This document shows, one piece after another, positions 30,039 through 38,950 of a DNA stretch of 64,000 bases; within the stretch, counting starts at the first letter, position 1; every line of letters starts with the position of its first letter. Origin of the DNA: Eubacteriales bacterium (GTDB taxonomy: Bacteria; Bacillota; Clostridia; Oscillospirales; CAG-272); NCBI GenBank assembly GCA_045652425.1, contig JAZRUG010000032.1:43846-107845 (forward strand), read 5' to 3'. The notes under the pieces are model-generated. The model saw only the letters and a list, made by a program, of their open reading frames with translations. It was not told where the DNA came from and ran no database searches. The translations under genes were made by a program, and so were the position numbers.

Positions 30039-31301
30039 ATGAAAACAAAAGCAGTTAGACTTTACGGCGTAAATGATTTGCGACTTGATGAGTTTGAGCT
30101 TCCTAAAATAAAAGACGATGAAGTGCTCGTTGAAATCATTTCTGACAGTATTTGTATGTCTTCATACAAAGCTGCTATTCAGGGCGCAGCACATAAGAGA
30201 GTCCCTGACAACGTTGCTGAAAACCCCATTATTATCGGACACGAATTCTGTGGTAAAATAGTTGAAGTAGGCGCAAAATGGGCAGACAAGTACAAAGCAG
30301 GTGATAAGTTTACAATTCAGCCCGCTATCAACTACCAGGGCAAACTTGATGCTCCCGGTTATTCTTACAATATGTGCGGCGGTGCTGCTCAATACGTTAT
30401 CCTCCCTCATGAAGTAATGGAAATGGATTGTTTGCTCCCCTATGAAGGTGATGCATACTTCTACGGTTCATTGGCTGAACCTATGTCTTGTATTATCGGT
30501 GCATACCACGCTCAATACCATACAACAAACGGCAGTTACGTTCATGAAATGGGTATAAAAGAAGGCGGCAAACTTGCTATTATGGCAGGTGCCGGTCCTA
30601 TGGGTATGGGTGCTATAGACTACGCTATACACGTTGATCCCCGCCCCTCACTTGTTGTTGTAACAGATATTGACACTGCAAGACTTAACAGAGCTGCTGA
30701 AATTATCACAGTTGAAGATGCTGCAAAGAACGGTGTTAAGCTCGTTTACGTTAACACAGCTGAACTTGAAGATGCAGATGCATATATGATGGAACTTACC
30801 GAAGGAAAAGGCTTTGACGATATATTCGTTTTCGCTCCAGTTAAGCCTGTTGTTGAAATGGCTGACAGACTTCTCGGTAGAGATGGTTGCCTTAACTTCT
30901 TCGCAGGTCCTGTTGACTCCAAATTCTCCGCAATGTTCAACTTCTACAACGTTCACTATGGTTCAACTCATATAGTTGGTACCAGCGGCGGTAACACAGA
31001 TGATATGAACGAATCCAACACACTTGCACATAAAGGTATTATCGACCCCTCTTGTATGATTACTCATATCGGCGGTCTTGATGCTGTAGTTGATACAACA
31101 CTCAACCTCCCCAAGATTCCCGGAGCAAAGAAGCTTATTTACACACACAAGTCACTCCCCTTGACTGCTCTTGCTGATTTCGCAGAGCTTGGAAAGAATG
31201 ATCCTTTCTTCGCTGACCTCGCAAACATCATTGCAAAAAACAACGGTCTCTGGTGTGCAGAAGCTGAAAAGTACGTTCTTGCAAACGCTAAAGAAATCTA
31301 A
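30039..31301 (+). CDS. Zinc-dependent MDR-family dehydrogenase, long (420 aa) SorE / L-sorbose-1-phosphate-reductase-like subtype
   Basis: MKTKAVRLYGVNDLRLDEFELPKIKDDEVLVEIISDSICMSSYKA...IIGHEFCGKIVEVG...GAGPMGMG. The N-terminal pattern recalls enterobacterial SorE from memory. The substrate cannot be assigned. Confidence 0.6.
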   Translation: MKTKAVRLYGVNDLRLDEFELPKIKDDEVLVEIISDSICMSSYKAAIQGAAHKRVPDNVAENPIIIGHEFCGKIVEVGAKWADKYKAGDKFTIQPAINYQGKLDAPGYSYNMCGGAAQYVILPHEVMEMDCLLPYEGDAYFYGSLAEPMSCIIGAYHAQYHTTNGSYVHEMGIKEGGKLAIMAGAGPMGMGAIDYAIHVDPRPSLVVVTDIDTARLNRAAEIITVEDAAKNGVKLVYVNTAELEDADAYMMELTEGKGFDDIFVFAPVKPVVEMADRLLGRDGCLNFFAGPVDSKFSAMFNFYNVHYGSTHIVGTSGGNTDDMNESNTLAHKGIIDPSCMITHIGGLDAVVDTTLNLPKIPGAKKLIYTHKSLPLTALADFAELGKNDPFFADLANIIAKNNGLWCAEAEKYVLANAKEI

Positions 31302-31322
31302 TTTTTTAATTAACACAAAACA

Positions 31323-31355
31323 AAACCACCGATTTTTGTCGGTGGTTTATTTTTG
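31323..31355 (+). terminator. Rho-independent terminator
   Basis: AAACCACCGA / TCGGTGGTTT 10-bp stem followed by ATTTTT. Confidence 0.8.
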
Positions 31356-31398
31356 AATAAAATTGAGCAGCTTTGGACATTGCCCGTAGCCTTTCAAA

Positions 31399-32013
31399 TT
31401 ATTTTACCCAAGCCTCAAGTCTATGAATATTGAATCCTTTTTCCGAGAAATTTTTTTCATATTCTGTCATAATATTATCTTTTGCAAACTCGCTGTTATG
31501 TAAATCATAAGTAACATTTTTTAATTTCCAACCATCTTCAGTAAACTGCTCGAGCGAAAATTCAAAAAGTCCTGCGTTATCCGTTTTGAAGAATATTGCT
31601 CCGTCTTCTTTTAATATGTGTCTGTATACATCCAGAAAGGCTTTGTAAGTCAATCTGCGCTTGTAGTGCCCCGCTTTCGGCCACGGATCAGAAAAATTCA
31701 AGTAAATATAATCAACAGAATGTGGTGGAAAAACTTCAGTTAACCCCTTGGCATCGCAAATCATAAATTTAATATTTTTTAATTCTCTTTCGCTCGCTTT
31801 TTCTGCCGCAAGCAAAATAACATCCGACACCTTTTCTACAGCTATATAATTAATATCTGGATTTCTTTCTGCATTCTCAATAATAAATTTTCCTTTTCCA
31901 CACCCAATTTCAAGATATGTAACCTTGTTCGAATCAAGTTCAGGGATTTGTGTAAAATATTCAGATACAGCCGCCAATCTTTCAGCTCCATGTTTCTTTT
32001 TTCTTGCTCTCAT
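31399..32013 (-). CDS. trmB: tRNA (guanine-N7)-methyltransferase
   Basis: 204 aa: ...LEIGCGKGKFI...INYIAVE...YLNFSDPWPK..HYKRRL..., the TrmB motifs. Confidence 0.9.
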   Translation of the reverse strand: MRARKKKHGAERLAAVSEYFTQIPELDSNKVTYLEIGCGKGKFIIENAERNPDINYIAVEKVSDVILLAAEKASERELKNIKFMICDAKGLTEVFPPHSVDYIYLNFSDPWPKAGHYKRRLTYKAFLDVYRHILKEDGAIFFKTDNAGLFEFSLEQFTEDGWKLKNVTYDLHNSEFAKDNIMTEYEKNFSEKGFNIHRLEAWVK

Positions 32014-32073
32014 AGTTAATCCTCTTTTTTATCTTGTACATAGAATATTTATAAATACAAGACAATATTATTA

Positions 32074-32102
32074 TTGCATTTTTATTTTTTTTGTGGTATA
32101 AT
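32074..32102 (+). promoter_or_regulatory. Promoter with extended -10
   Basis: TTGCAT (32074-32079), 17-nt spacer ending in TGG, TATAAT (32097-32102). Confidence 0.5.
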
Positions 32103-32171
32103 AATATTATAACATATTTTTTTACTTAAAACAACACATTACCTTATTTTTTTGAGGAGGTTTTTTATAAA

Positions 32172-33134
32172 GTGGAAAAGTTCATCTTTTTAGCTACAAT
32201 AAAAGACAAGCTTGCAGAAATGAATTTACCGCAAGAGTCTATCGATAAACACGTTAAAATTTTTGATGATTGCTTTAAGGGAAAGAATGCCGAAGAAATC
32301 GATGCTATGCTTGAAAGCGCCGGTGGAGTTGAAGGTATTATAAAATCAATACAGAATTTGGAAATTGTAAAACAAAAACGTGCTCCCAAATCTCCTGAAC
32401 CCTTCATCAAAACAAAATCAGACGGCAATGTTGAAAATGTTGAAGGAACTACAACCTCACCCGATTTGAAATCTAAAATTGAAGTTTCCGAAGAAGTTCC
32501 AACCTACGCTGAACAAGAACAGGCGGATAATGAACTTCCTACTATGGAAATGCCTAAAGCTCCTAATATCGACAAGCATATCCAAGAAGCAGAAGAATTA
32601 AGTGAAACTATGGAAAGAATTCCCGTTCAACCCGTTGTTAATGAAGAATTTTCTGCAGAGATTTCTGACTATGATTTCGAGTTGCTTTTCCAAGAAAAAT
32701 TAACAAAAATTGAATCTTCAATAAAAAATCTCCGCAAAAAACTCTCAAGTAAGACCTACAAAGCTACCTTGCCTATCGCTTTAATTATAACGGCACTCGT
32801 CTTTGTTCTCGTTTCTGCTCTCTTTCCTATCCTTGTTGTTTCAGCAGCAGTCTTTTCAATTGCATATATTTGCTTACTTGTAGCAGGTGTATGCTTTGCT
32901 ATCGTTCCTATAGGATACGGAATTTATATGTGTTTCAAATCAATGCCAATTGCTCTTTATGAACTTGGTATCGGTATTATTTCATCAGGCATTACAATGT
33001 TCTCTTGTATCTTACTTTATAATTACGTTAAGAGACTTGTTCCATACCTCTTCAAAAAATTGATAAAATTATTTAAATACTGTATCAAGTTAACAAAAAG
33101 ATACTTTGGAAAACAAGTAAAGGAGGAAGCATAA
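32172..33134 (+). CDS. DUF1700-like membrane protein
   Basis: 320 aa with a GTG start after GAGGAGG. The N-terminus (FLATIKDKLAEMNLPQESIDKHVKIFDDCF...EEIDAMLESAGGVEGIIKSI) follows the DUF1700 pattern. It has an acidic middle region and about 4 C-terminal TM helices. Confidence 0.6.
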   Translation: MEKFIFLATIKDKLAEMNLPQESIDKHVKIFDDCFKGKNAEEIDAMLESAGGVEGIIKSIQNLEIVKQKRAPKSPEPFIKTKSDGNVENVEGTTTSPDLKSKIEVSEEVPTYAEQEQADNELPTMEMPKAPNIDKHIQEAEELSETMERIPVQPVVNEEFSAEISDYDFELLFQEKLTKIESSIKNLRKKLSSKTYKATLPIALIITALVFVLVSALFPILVVSAAVFSIAYICLLVAGVCFAIVPIGYGIYMCFKSMPIALYELGIGIISSGITMFSCILLYNYVKRLVPYLFKKLIKLFKYCIKLTKRYFGKQVKEEA

Positions 33135-33135
33135 T

Positions 33136-34023
33136 ATGAAAAAAACCTCTATAGTTTTCCTTGTTGTTTCAGTTCTTCTCATTGCAACCGGCTTCTATAT
33201 AAAAAACAAAGGCTTTGAACAAGCAGAAAAAGCAGAAATTAATTTATACAGCCAAGAACTGACGGATGGCGGAGACATTGTTGAAAAGATTGAATTTTCT
33301 TTGGAAGATACAAACAAAATTAATATAAACCTTAAAGACACAGATATAAACATAATCGGCGGCACAAGCAAGAATTATGTTGAAATTATTAATTTCAATA
33401 TGCTTGAATATTCTGCATATCCCAATAACCGTTCATTTAATGTAGAAAGTGACATTGTTTCTTCCCTTACCGGAAGAGCTGAAGGCGGAAATATATCTTT
33501 TAACGGTGTACGCGATTTTGTAAGATTTAACAAACATAATAAAAATAAAGTTTTAAATATCTATCTTGCCGAAAACTCGGAAGTAAAAATATTTGAAATT
33601 GAACTTGAAAAAGGCGATATTTTCGTTTCCAAAATTAACCAAACATGTGATTATAATATTAAATTAAAAAACGGAAATGTTACACTATCTGATACCCCTA
33701 CTGTTTCTCTTGCAAACTTTGACATCAAAAAAGGTAACGTTGTTTTAGATAAAACCTTTATAACAAACACGAACATGAAGATTGAAAACGGTAATTTGGA
33801 CTTTACCAGCTTTTCGAACATCACATACGATTTTGAAATCGAAGCTGAAACCGGTGATATTAAAATCAACGAAGAAACACATAAGGGTAAATATACTCTT
33901 GAAAACGACGAAGTAAACGGTATTTTTGCTGCGCACATTGGTGTAGGTAACGTAAATATTATAACATCCCTTCCCCCTGTAACTACACCGACACCGGCAC
34001 CTGAAACCACTCCTGCTCAATAA
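33136..34023 (+). CDS. DUF4097-like (putative adhesin / beta-helix) membrane-anchored protein
   Basis: 295 aa. N-terminal TM, then repeated x-G-(D/N)-(I/V)-x-(I/V/L) beta-solenoid rungs (TDINIIGG, KGDIFVS, NGNVTLS, KGNVVLD, NGNLDFT, TGDIKIN, VGNVNII), and a Pro/Thr-rich tail. Starts 1 nt after the upstream gene. Confidence 0.6.
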   Translation: MKKTSIVFLVVSVLLIATGFYIKNKGFEQAEKAEINLYSQELTDGGDIVEKIEFSLEDTNKININLKDTDINIIGGTSKNYVEIINFNMLEYSAYPNNRSFNVESDIVSSLTGRAEGGNISFNGVRDFVRFNKHNKNKVLNIYLAENSEVKIFEIELEKGDIFVSKINQTCDYNIKLKNGNVTLSDTPTVSLANFDIKKGNVVLDKTFITNTNMKIENGNLDFTSFSNITYDFEIEAETGDIKINEETHKGKYTLENDEVNGIFAAHIGVGNVNIITSLPPVTTPTPAPETTPAQ

Positions 34024-34029
34024 TAATTC

Positions 34030-34061
34030 ACGCACACGACGTACTTTCGTGTGCGTTTTTC
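34030..34061 (+). terminator. Rho-independent terminator
   Basis: ACGCACACGA / TCGTGTGCGT 10-bp stem followed by TTTTT. Confidence 0.8.
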
Positions 34062-34159
34062 ATTAAAAAATAATAACCATTTTTGTTTGTTGCGAATAAA
34101 ACCAAAAATTTTGTCAATCCTAATATTGCTCAAATTTAAATATTAAGGAGCTGAAAAAA

Positions 34160-34369
34160 ATGCTTGACAGAATTTCATTGATTCTGCTTATAGTCGGCGG
34201 TCTCAACTGGGGTAGTATCGGTCTATTTAAATTCGATATAGTTAGTTGGCTCTTCGGCGGTCAAACAGACTTGATAAGCAGAATAATATACACCGTTGTC
34301 GGTCTTTCGGCAATTTGGTGCGTTTCGCTTCTTTTCAGAAGACGTGAAGAAATTTTTGAAGACGACTAA
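34160..34369 (+). CDS. DUF378-family small membrane protein
   Basis: 69 aa: LILLIVGGLNWGSIGLFKFDIVSWLFGG, the hallmark DUF378 GG-x-NWG motif. RBS AAGGAG. Confidence 0.75.
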   Translation: MLDRISLILLIVGGLNWGSIGLFKFDIVSWLFGGQTDLISRIIYTVVGLSAIWCVSLLFRRREEIFEDD

Positions 34370-34370
34370 A

Positions 34371-34406
34371 AAATATATCCTCCGAAAACGGAGGATATAT
34401 TTTTTT
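34371..34406. terminator. Bidirectional terminator between the convergent genes
   Basis: ATATATCCTCCG / CGGAGGATATAT 12-bp stem flanked by A- and T-runs. Confidence 0.8.
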
Positions 34407-36279
34407 ATTCTTCTAATAATTCATAGAGTTCAAGTAATCTTGCTTCAAGTTCTTCTTTCTTTTCCCACAGTTCAGCAGATTTAACGTAATCCGTAGCACA
34501 TTCTTCGATGAGTTTTTCTAAATCTACAAGCTGCTGTTCTATGTTCTCTGCCTCTTGTTTCGCTTGTTGTATCTTTCTTTCACGTTTTCTTGTTTCTGCA
34601 AGTTCTTTTTTGTTCTGAAGATAACTTTCTTTTGAACCTGTCTGAACCACTGTTTTGTTTTCAGAATCGGAAAGCGTTTGTCTATTCCTTTTATATTGAC
34701 AAAATTGCTCGTATGTGCCTATAAAATCAGCTACTGTCCTATTTTCAAAATCTATTATTCTGTTTGCAAGTTTTGAAAGAAAATATCTATCGTGAGATAC
34801 TGCAATAATCGTACCATCAAACTCTATAAGCGCATTTTCAAGTGCTTCTCTTGAATTAATATCAAGGTGGTTCGTTGGTTCGTCAAGTATAAGAAGATTC
34901 ATTCTCGACAAAATCAATTTACATAAAGTTAGCCTTGCCTTTTCGCCACCGCTTAACTTTGATACGGTTTTAGATATATCATCGCCTTTAAACAGAAATA
35001 ACGCGAGAGCATTTCTTACTTCGGTTTGGGTTAAATTGGGGTATGAGTTCCACAACTCATCAAGAACAGTATTGTCTTCATTAAGTTCTTGATTTTCCTG
35101 GTCATAATATCCCACCTTAACGTTATAACCGTATTCCATAACCCCAGTATCAGCACGAAGTTTTTCTGCAAGAATCTTTATAAGCGTGGATTTTCCGCAT
35201 CCATTCTGACCGGTTATAAATACGTGCTCTCTCTTGTGGATCTCAAACGATACGTCACTAAATAGTTTTAAATCGCCAAATGACTTTGACAACCCTTTTG
35301 CTTTCAAAACATCGCTACCACTTTCGGATGCCGTGTTAAAACGCAACCTTATGCTTTCAGGTAAGCTATCAGGCCGCTCCACCCTCTCCATCTTGTCAAG
35401 AAGCTTTTGTCTGCTTTCAGCCGCAATTATATTACGCTCACGGTTCCAACGTCTTTGTTGCTCTATATAGCTCTCAATACGCGCAATTTCTCTTTGTTGA
35501 TTTTTATAATGTCTTTCTTGAATCTCCCTGTCGGTCTTCTTTTGCTCAACGTATTGCGTATAATTCCCATTATAAATATGACTTTTTCCATTTTCAATTT
35601 CAAGAATCTTCGTTACGGTTCTATCGAGAAAATATCGGTCATGGGAGATTATCAAAACCGTCTTCTTATAAGTACGCAAAAAATCTTCAAGCCATTCAAC
35701 AGAATATGTATCAAGATGGTTTGTTGGCTCATCAAGAAGCATAATATCGGGTTCACGTAAAATAAGCCTTACCATAGCAAGTCGAGTTTTTTGTCCGCCG
35801 CTTAACTTCGAAATACGTGTATCCCACATAGACTCGTCAAATCCCATATATTTTAACGTGCCTTTTACTCTACCGCGAAATTCGTATCCACCATCTTTGG
35901 TAAAACGTTCGTGTAAAGAAGCATATCTATCAGCAAGTGAATTGTTGCCATTTTCTATTTCTCTGCGCAAAAATTCAAGCTCTTTTTCGGTTTCAAGCAG
36001 CTGCGCTTTTGCAAGCATAGTTTCCCCAAGAACAGTTCCGCTTTCTTCAAAAGCATTTTCCTGCGCCAATACACCTAAAGTTTTGTCTTTTGCTATAAAT
36101 ACATTTCCTTCAGTTTGAGTATACTCACCCGAAATTATGCGAAAAAGAGTCGTTTTCCCCGCACCGTTAACGCCGACAATTCCTAATCTTTCTCCCTCGT
36201 TAAGCGCAAAAGAAACTTTTTTTATAATTTCCTCATCGCCAAAAGCCATATTGATATTTTCACAAGATATACTTATCAT
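34405..36279 (-). CDS. ABC-F family ATPase (two ABC domains, no TMD, C-terminal coiled coil)
   Basis: 624 aa. Two Walker A sites (GVNGAGKTT; GQNGCGKST), two LSGG signatures (LSGGQKTRL; LSGGEKARL), an inter-domain linker and a charged C-terminal helix. Confidence 0.88.
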   Translation of the reverse strand: MISISCENINMAFGDEEIIKKVSFALNEGERLGIVGVNGAGKTTLFRIISGEYTQTEGNVFIAKDKTLGVLAQENAFEESGTVLGETMLAKAQLLETEKELEFLRREIENGNNSLADRYASLHERFTKDGGYEFRGRVKGTLKYMGFDESMWDTRISKLSGGQKTRLAMVRLILREPDIMLLDEPTNHLDTYSVEWLEDFLRTYKKTVLIISHDRYFLDRTVTKILEIENGKSHIYNGNYTQYVEQKKTDREIQERHYKNQQREIARIESYIEQQRRWNRERNIIAAESRQKLLDKMERVERPDSLPESIRLRFNTASESGSDVLKAKGLSKSFGDLKLFSDVSFEIHKREHVFITGQNGCGKSTLIKILAEKLRADTGVMEYGYNVKVGYYDQENQELNEDNTVLDELWNSYPNLTQTEVRNALALFLFKGDDISKTVSKLSGGEKARLTLCKLILSRMNLLILDEPTNHLDINSREALENALIEFDGTIIAVSHDRYFLSKLANRIIDFENRTVADFIGTYEQFCQYKRNRQTLSDSENKTVVQTGSKESYLQNKKELAETRKRERKIQQAKQEAENIEQQLVDLEKLIEECATDYVKSAELWEKKEELEARLLELYELLEE

Positions 36280-36338
36280 ACTTCGTCTCCGTAAAAAAAG
36301 AGCTTAATCAGAACGTAAGCCCTTTTTTTCGTAATATT

Positions 36339-36746
36339 TTATTCTTCTGATGCCACTTCGGTTACTTCTTCTGCTTCTTCTTGTTCGGCCTCAAACGCCT
36401 CGCCGCATTTGGGGCAGTAAAGCATTTCTTTCGTTAACTTTTCTCCGCATTTTTGGCAAACCTTTGTATTATTAATAACGTTTGTCTGTGTATTGAGTCT
36501 TTCAATCTCTGTGATAGATTTTTCAATCTTATCATAAGCCAAAGCTATTTTTTTGTCGTCATACTCGGAATTTTTCATTTGGTTGTAATAAAGTTCACCC
36601 ATTTCCTTGTATGCATCTTCTAATTTTGCCTTTTCGCGCATCAAGTTATACTTAACCTTTGCAAGTTCAGATAGTCTTCCTGTTTCCTTTGCTGTATAAT
36701 TTGCAGCATCAGATACTTTTTTATATACGTCATCCCAAAAATCCAT
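36339..36746 (-). CDS. Coiled-coil protein with a C-terminal zinc ribbon, function unknown
   Basis: 135 aa from the ATG at 36746 (RBS AAAGGAGA): CQKCGEKL...CPKCGEAF (CxxC-x10-CxxC) and an acidic tail. A possible hairpin/T-run terminator lies at about 36293-36329. Confidence 0.6.
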   Translation of the reverse strand: MDFWDDVYKKVSDAANYTAKETGRLSELAKVKYNLMREKAKLEDAYKEMGELYYNQMKNSEYDDKKIALAYDKIEKSITEIERLNTQTNVINNTKVCQKCGEKLTKEMLYCPKCGEAFEAEQEEAEEVTEVASEE

Positions 36747-36810
36747 AGTATGTCTCCTTTTCATATATTTCTTATATTATTATAACAATTTTTTCTGTTA
36801 CTGTCAACAA

Positions 36811-38799
36811 TTAAATATCAGCCTCTGCTAAATATTCGTTTCCGTGAATAGTAATAAATCTCTTTCTTTCAGCAAGATTATCGCCCAACAGTGTCTCAAA
36901 TATTCTTTCGGTCTCTTCTTCATTTGCAGGTTCAACCTTAATAAGTCTTCTTGTAGCCGGGTTCATAGTTGTCTGCCACATCATATCAGGCTGGTTTTCA
37001 CCAAGTCCCTTCGATCTCTGTAATGTGTATTTCGACTTACCTAAACTCTTTATTATTTCAAGTTTTTCAACTTCATTGTAAGCAAAATAAATCTCGTCTC
37101 CGCAAGTTATCTCAAACAAAGGAGATTCAGCTATATATACTCTTCCCTCTCTGATAAGCGTTGGTAACAATCTATAAAACATCGTAAGAATAAGCGTTCT
37201 TATCTGGAAACCGTCTTCATCGGCATCGGTACAGATTATAATCTTCGACCAATTGAGTGAATCAAGGTCAAACGGAACGATATCGCCCTTAACCTTGGTA
37301 TTAATCTCAACACCGCAACCGATAACCTTTAATAAATCTATAATAATATCATTTTTAAATATCTTATCATAAGTACTCTTCAAACAGTTAAGAGTCTTAC
37401 CCCTGACAGGGATAATCGCTTGATATTCGGCGTTTCTACCCAACTTACAAGAACCCATAGCAGAATCACCCTCTACTATATAAAGCTCACGCTTCGTACC
37501 GTCCTTTGTTCTGCAGTCTACGTATTTTTCAACGCGGTTTGCTACATCCATAGTGCCCGTAAGCTTCTTCTTTAAGTTGAGTCTTGTCTTTTCTGCATTC
37601 TCACGACTTCTCTTATTAACAAGTACCTGATTCGCAAATCTTTCGGCTTCAATAGGTTTTTCCTTGAAATAAACTTCAAGATTACGCTTAAGAAATGCAG
37701 TCATACTATCAGCAATAAACGGGTTATTTATTGCCTTTTTAGTTTGGTTTGCATACGAAGTTTGAGTGGAAAAGCTGTTCGAAACCAAAACCAAACAGTC
37801 TTCAATGTCATTAAAACTTATTTTCGATTCATTTTTGAGATATTTGCCCGAATTCTTCAAGAATTTATCAACTTCATACAAGAATGCATTTTTTACAGCT
37901 TTATCGGGAGAACCGCCGTGTTCAAGAAAACTTGAGTTGTGATAATATTCTATAGCCTTGTTAGTATTAGATGCACAGAAAATAACCTCTGCCTTTAAAT
38001 CGTAATCGTCTTTGTCCTCTCTGTCTCTTCCTCTGTCTTCATAGCTCCAGAGAACAGGTTGTGTTAACGGATTTTCTCCTGCAAGTTCAACGACGTAATC
38101 GGATATTCCGTTTTCGTAAACAAACTCAAACGTTTCAAACTTGCCGTTTTCGTTCTCGTATTTTAGTTCAAATTTAATACCTGCATTAACAACCGACTGT
38201 TTTCTCAACATCTCGGTGAAGAAATCAAGCGGAATATTTATATCAGTAAAAACTTCAAGGTCGGGCTTCCATTTAACTATAGTACCGTGCTTCTTGTCCT
38301 TCTTCTCTATTTCTCTTACGGTAAATTTACCGCTGGGTTTACCCTTTTTAAAGTTCATTTCTGAAACTTCATTTCCTTTGAATGAACGAACTTTCATATA
38401 CTCGGAAGAATACTGTGTTGCACAAGCGCCAAGACCGTTTGTACCCAAAGAGTATTTATACGCGCCGTCGGCGTTGTTAAGATATTTACCGCCAGAATAC
38501 AAATCGTTGTAAACCAAATCCCAGTTGTATCTCTTCTCTTTTTCATTATATCCAAGCGGAACGCCTCTTCCAAAGTCCTCTATTTCAATCGAATGGTCAG
38601 CAAAAACAGTAATAATAATCTTATCGCCGTATCCCTCTCTCGCCTCATCGACAGAGTTTGACAATATTTCAAATACGGAATGCTCACAGCCCTCAAGTCC
38701 GTCAGAACCAAAAATAACCGCCGGTTTCAGTCTTACACGGTCAGCCCCCTTCAAACTTGATATACTGTTATCATCATAAACCACTTTCTTTTCTGCCAT
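36811..38799 (-). CDS. Type IIA DNA topoisomerase subunit B (ParE/GyrB family)
   Basis: 662 aa. GHKL ATPase N-terminus (FEILSNSVDEA...FGRGVP...GTNGLG), a Toprim domain (ELYIVEGDSA...ICTDADEDGFQIRTL) and the tail motif LQRSKGLGE. No A-subunit gene is adjacent. Confidence 0.85.
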   Translation of the reverse strand: MAEKKVVYDDNSISSLKGADRVRLKPAVIFGSDGLEGCEHSVFEILSNSVDEAREGYGDKIIITVFADHSIEIEDFGRGVPLGYNEKEKRYNWDLVYNDLYSGGKYLNNADGAYKYSLGTNGLGACATQYSSEYMKVRSFKGNEVSEMNFKKGKPSGKFTVREIEKKDKKHGTIVKWKPDLEVFTDINIPLDFFTEMLRKQSVVNAGIKFELKYENENGKFETFEFVYENGISDYVVELAGENPLTQPVLWSYEDRGRDREDKDDYDLKAEVIFCASNTNKAIEYYHNSSFLEHGGSPDKAVKNAFLYEVDKFLKNSGKYLKNESKISFNDIEDCLVLVSNSFSTQTSYANQTKKAINNPFIADSMTAFLKRNLEVYFKEKPIEAERFANQVLVNKRSRENAEKTRLNLKKKLTGTMDVANRVEKYVDCRTKDGTKRELYIVEGDSAMGSCKLGRNAEYQAIIPVRGKTLNCLKSTYDKIFKNDIIIDLLKVIGCGVEINTKVKGDIVPFDLDSLNWSKIIICTDADEDGFQIRTLILTMFYRLLPTLIREGRVYIAESPLFEITCGDEIYFAYNEVEKLEIIKSLGKSKYTLQRSKGLGENQPDMMWQTTMNPATRRLIKVEPANEEETERIFETLLGDNLAERKRFITIHGNEYLAEADI

Positions 38800-38853
38800 T
38801 TATAACCTCCGATTCGCTTTTTATGAGCGAATTTCAAACAATCTTATTAAAAT

Positions 38854-38882
38854 ATTATATTATTTTTTCGATATTTTGTCAA
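38854..38882 (-). promoter_or_regulatory. Consensus sigma-A promoter of the topoisomerase B gene
   Basis: Minus strand: TTGACA (38882-38877), 17-nt spacer, TATAAT (38859-38854). Confidence 0.7.
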
Positions 38883-38950
38883 GACCTACTTGTTTTAGAT
38901 AATTCGTATGATATAATATGTATAGCTTTACGCTCGAAAGGACAGACAAA

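Noticed and set aside
34405-36279. The ABC-F ATPase, considered as an antibiotic-resistance (ARE) ABC-F.
   Set aside because: ARE and housekeeping ABC-F proteins cannot be separated by eye. There is no upstream attenuator leader peptide or resistance-gene context. It is called only at family level.
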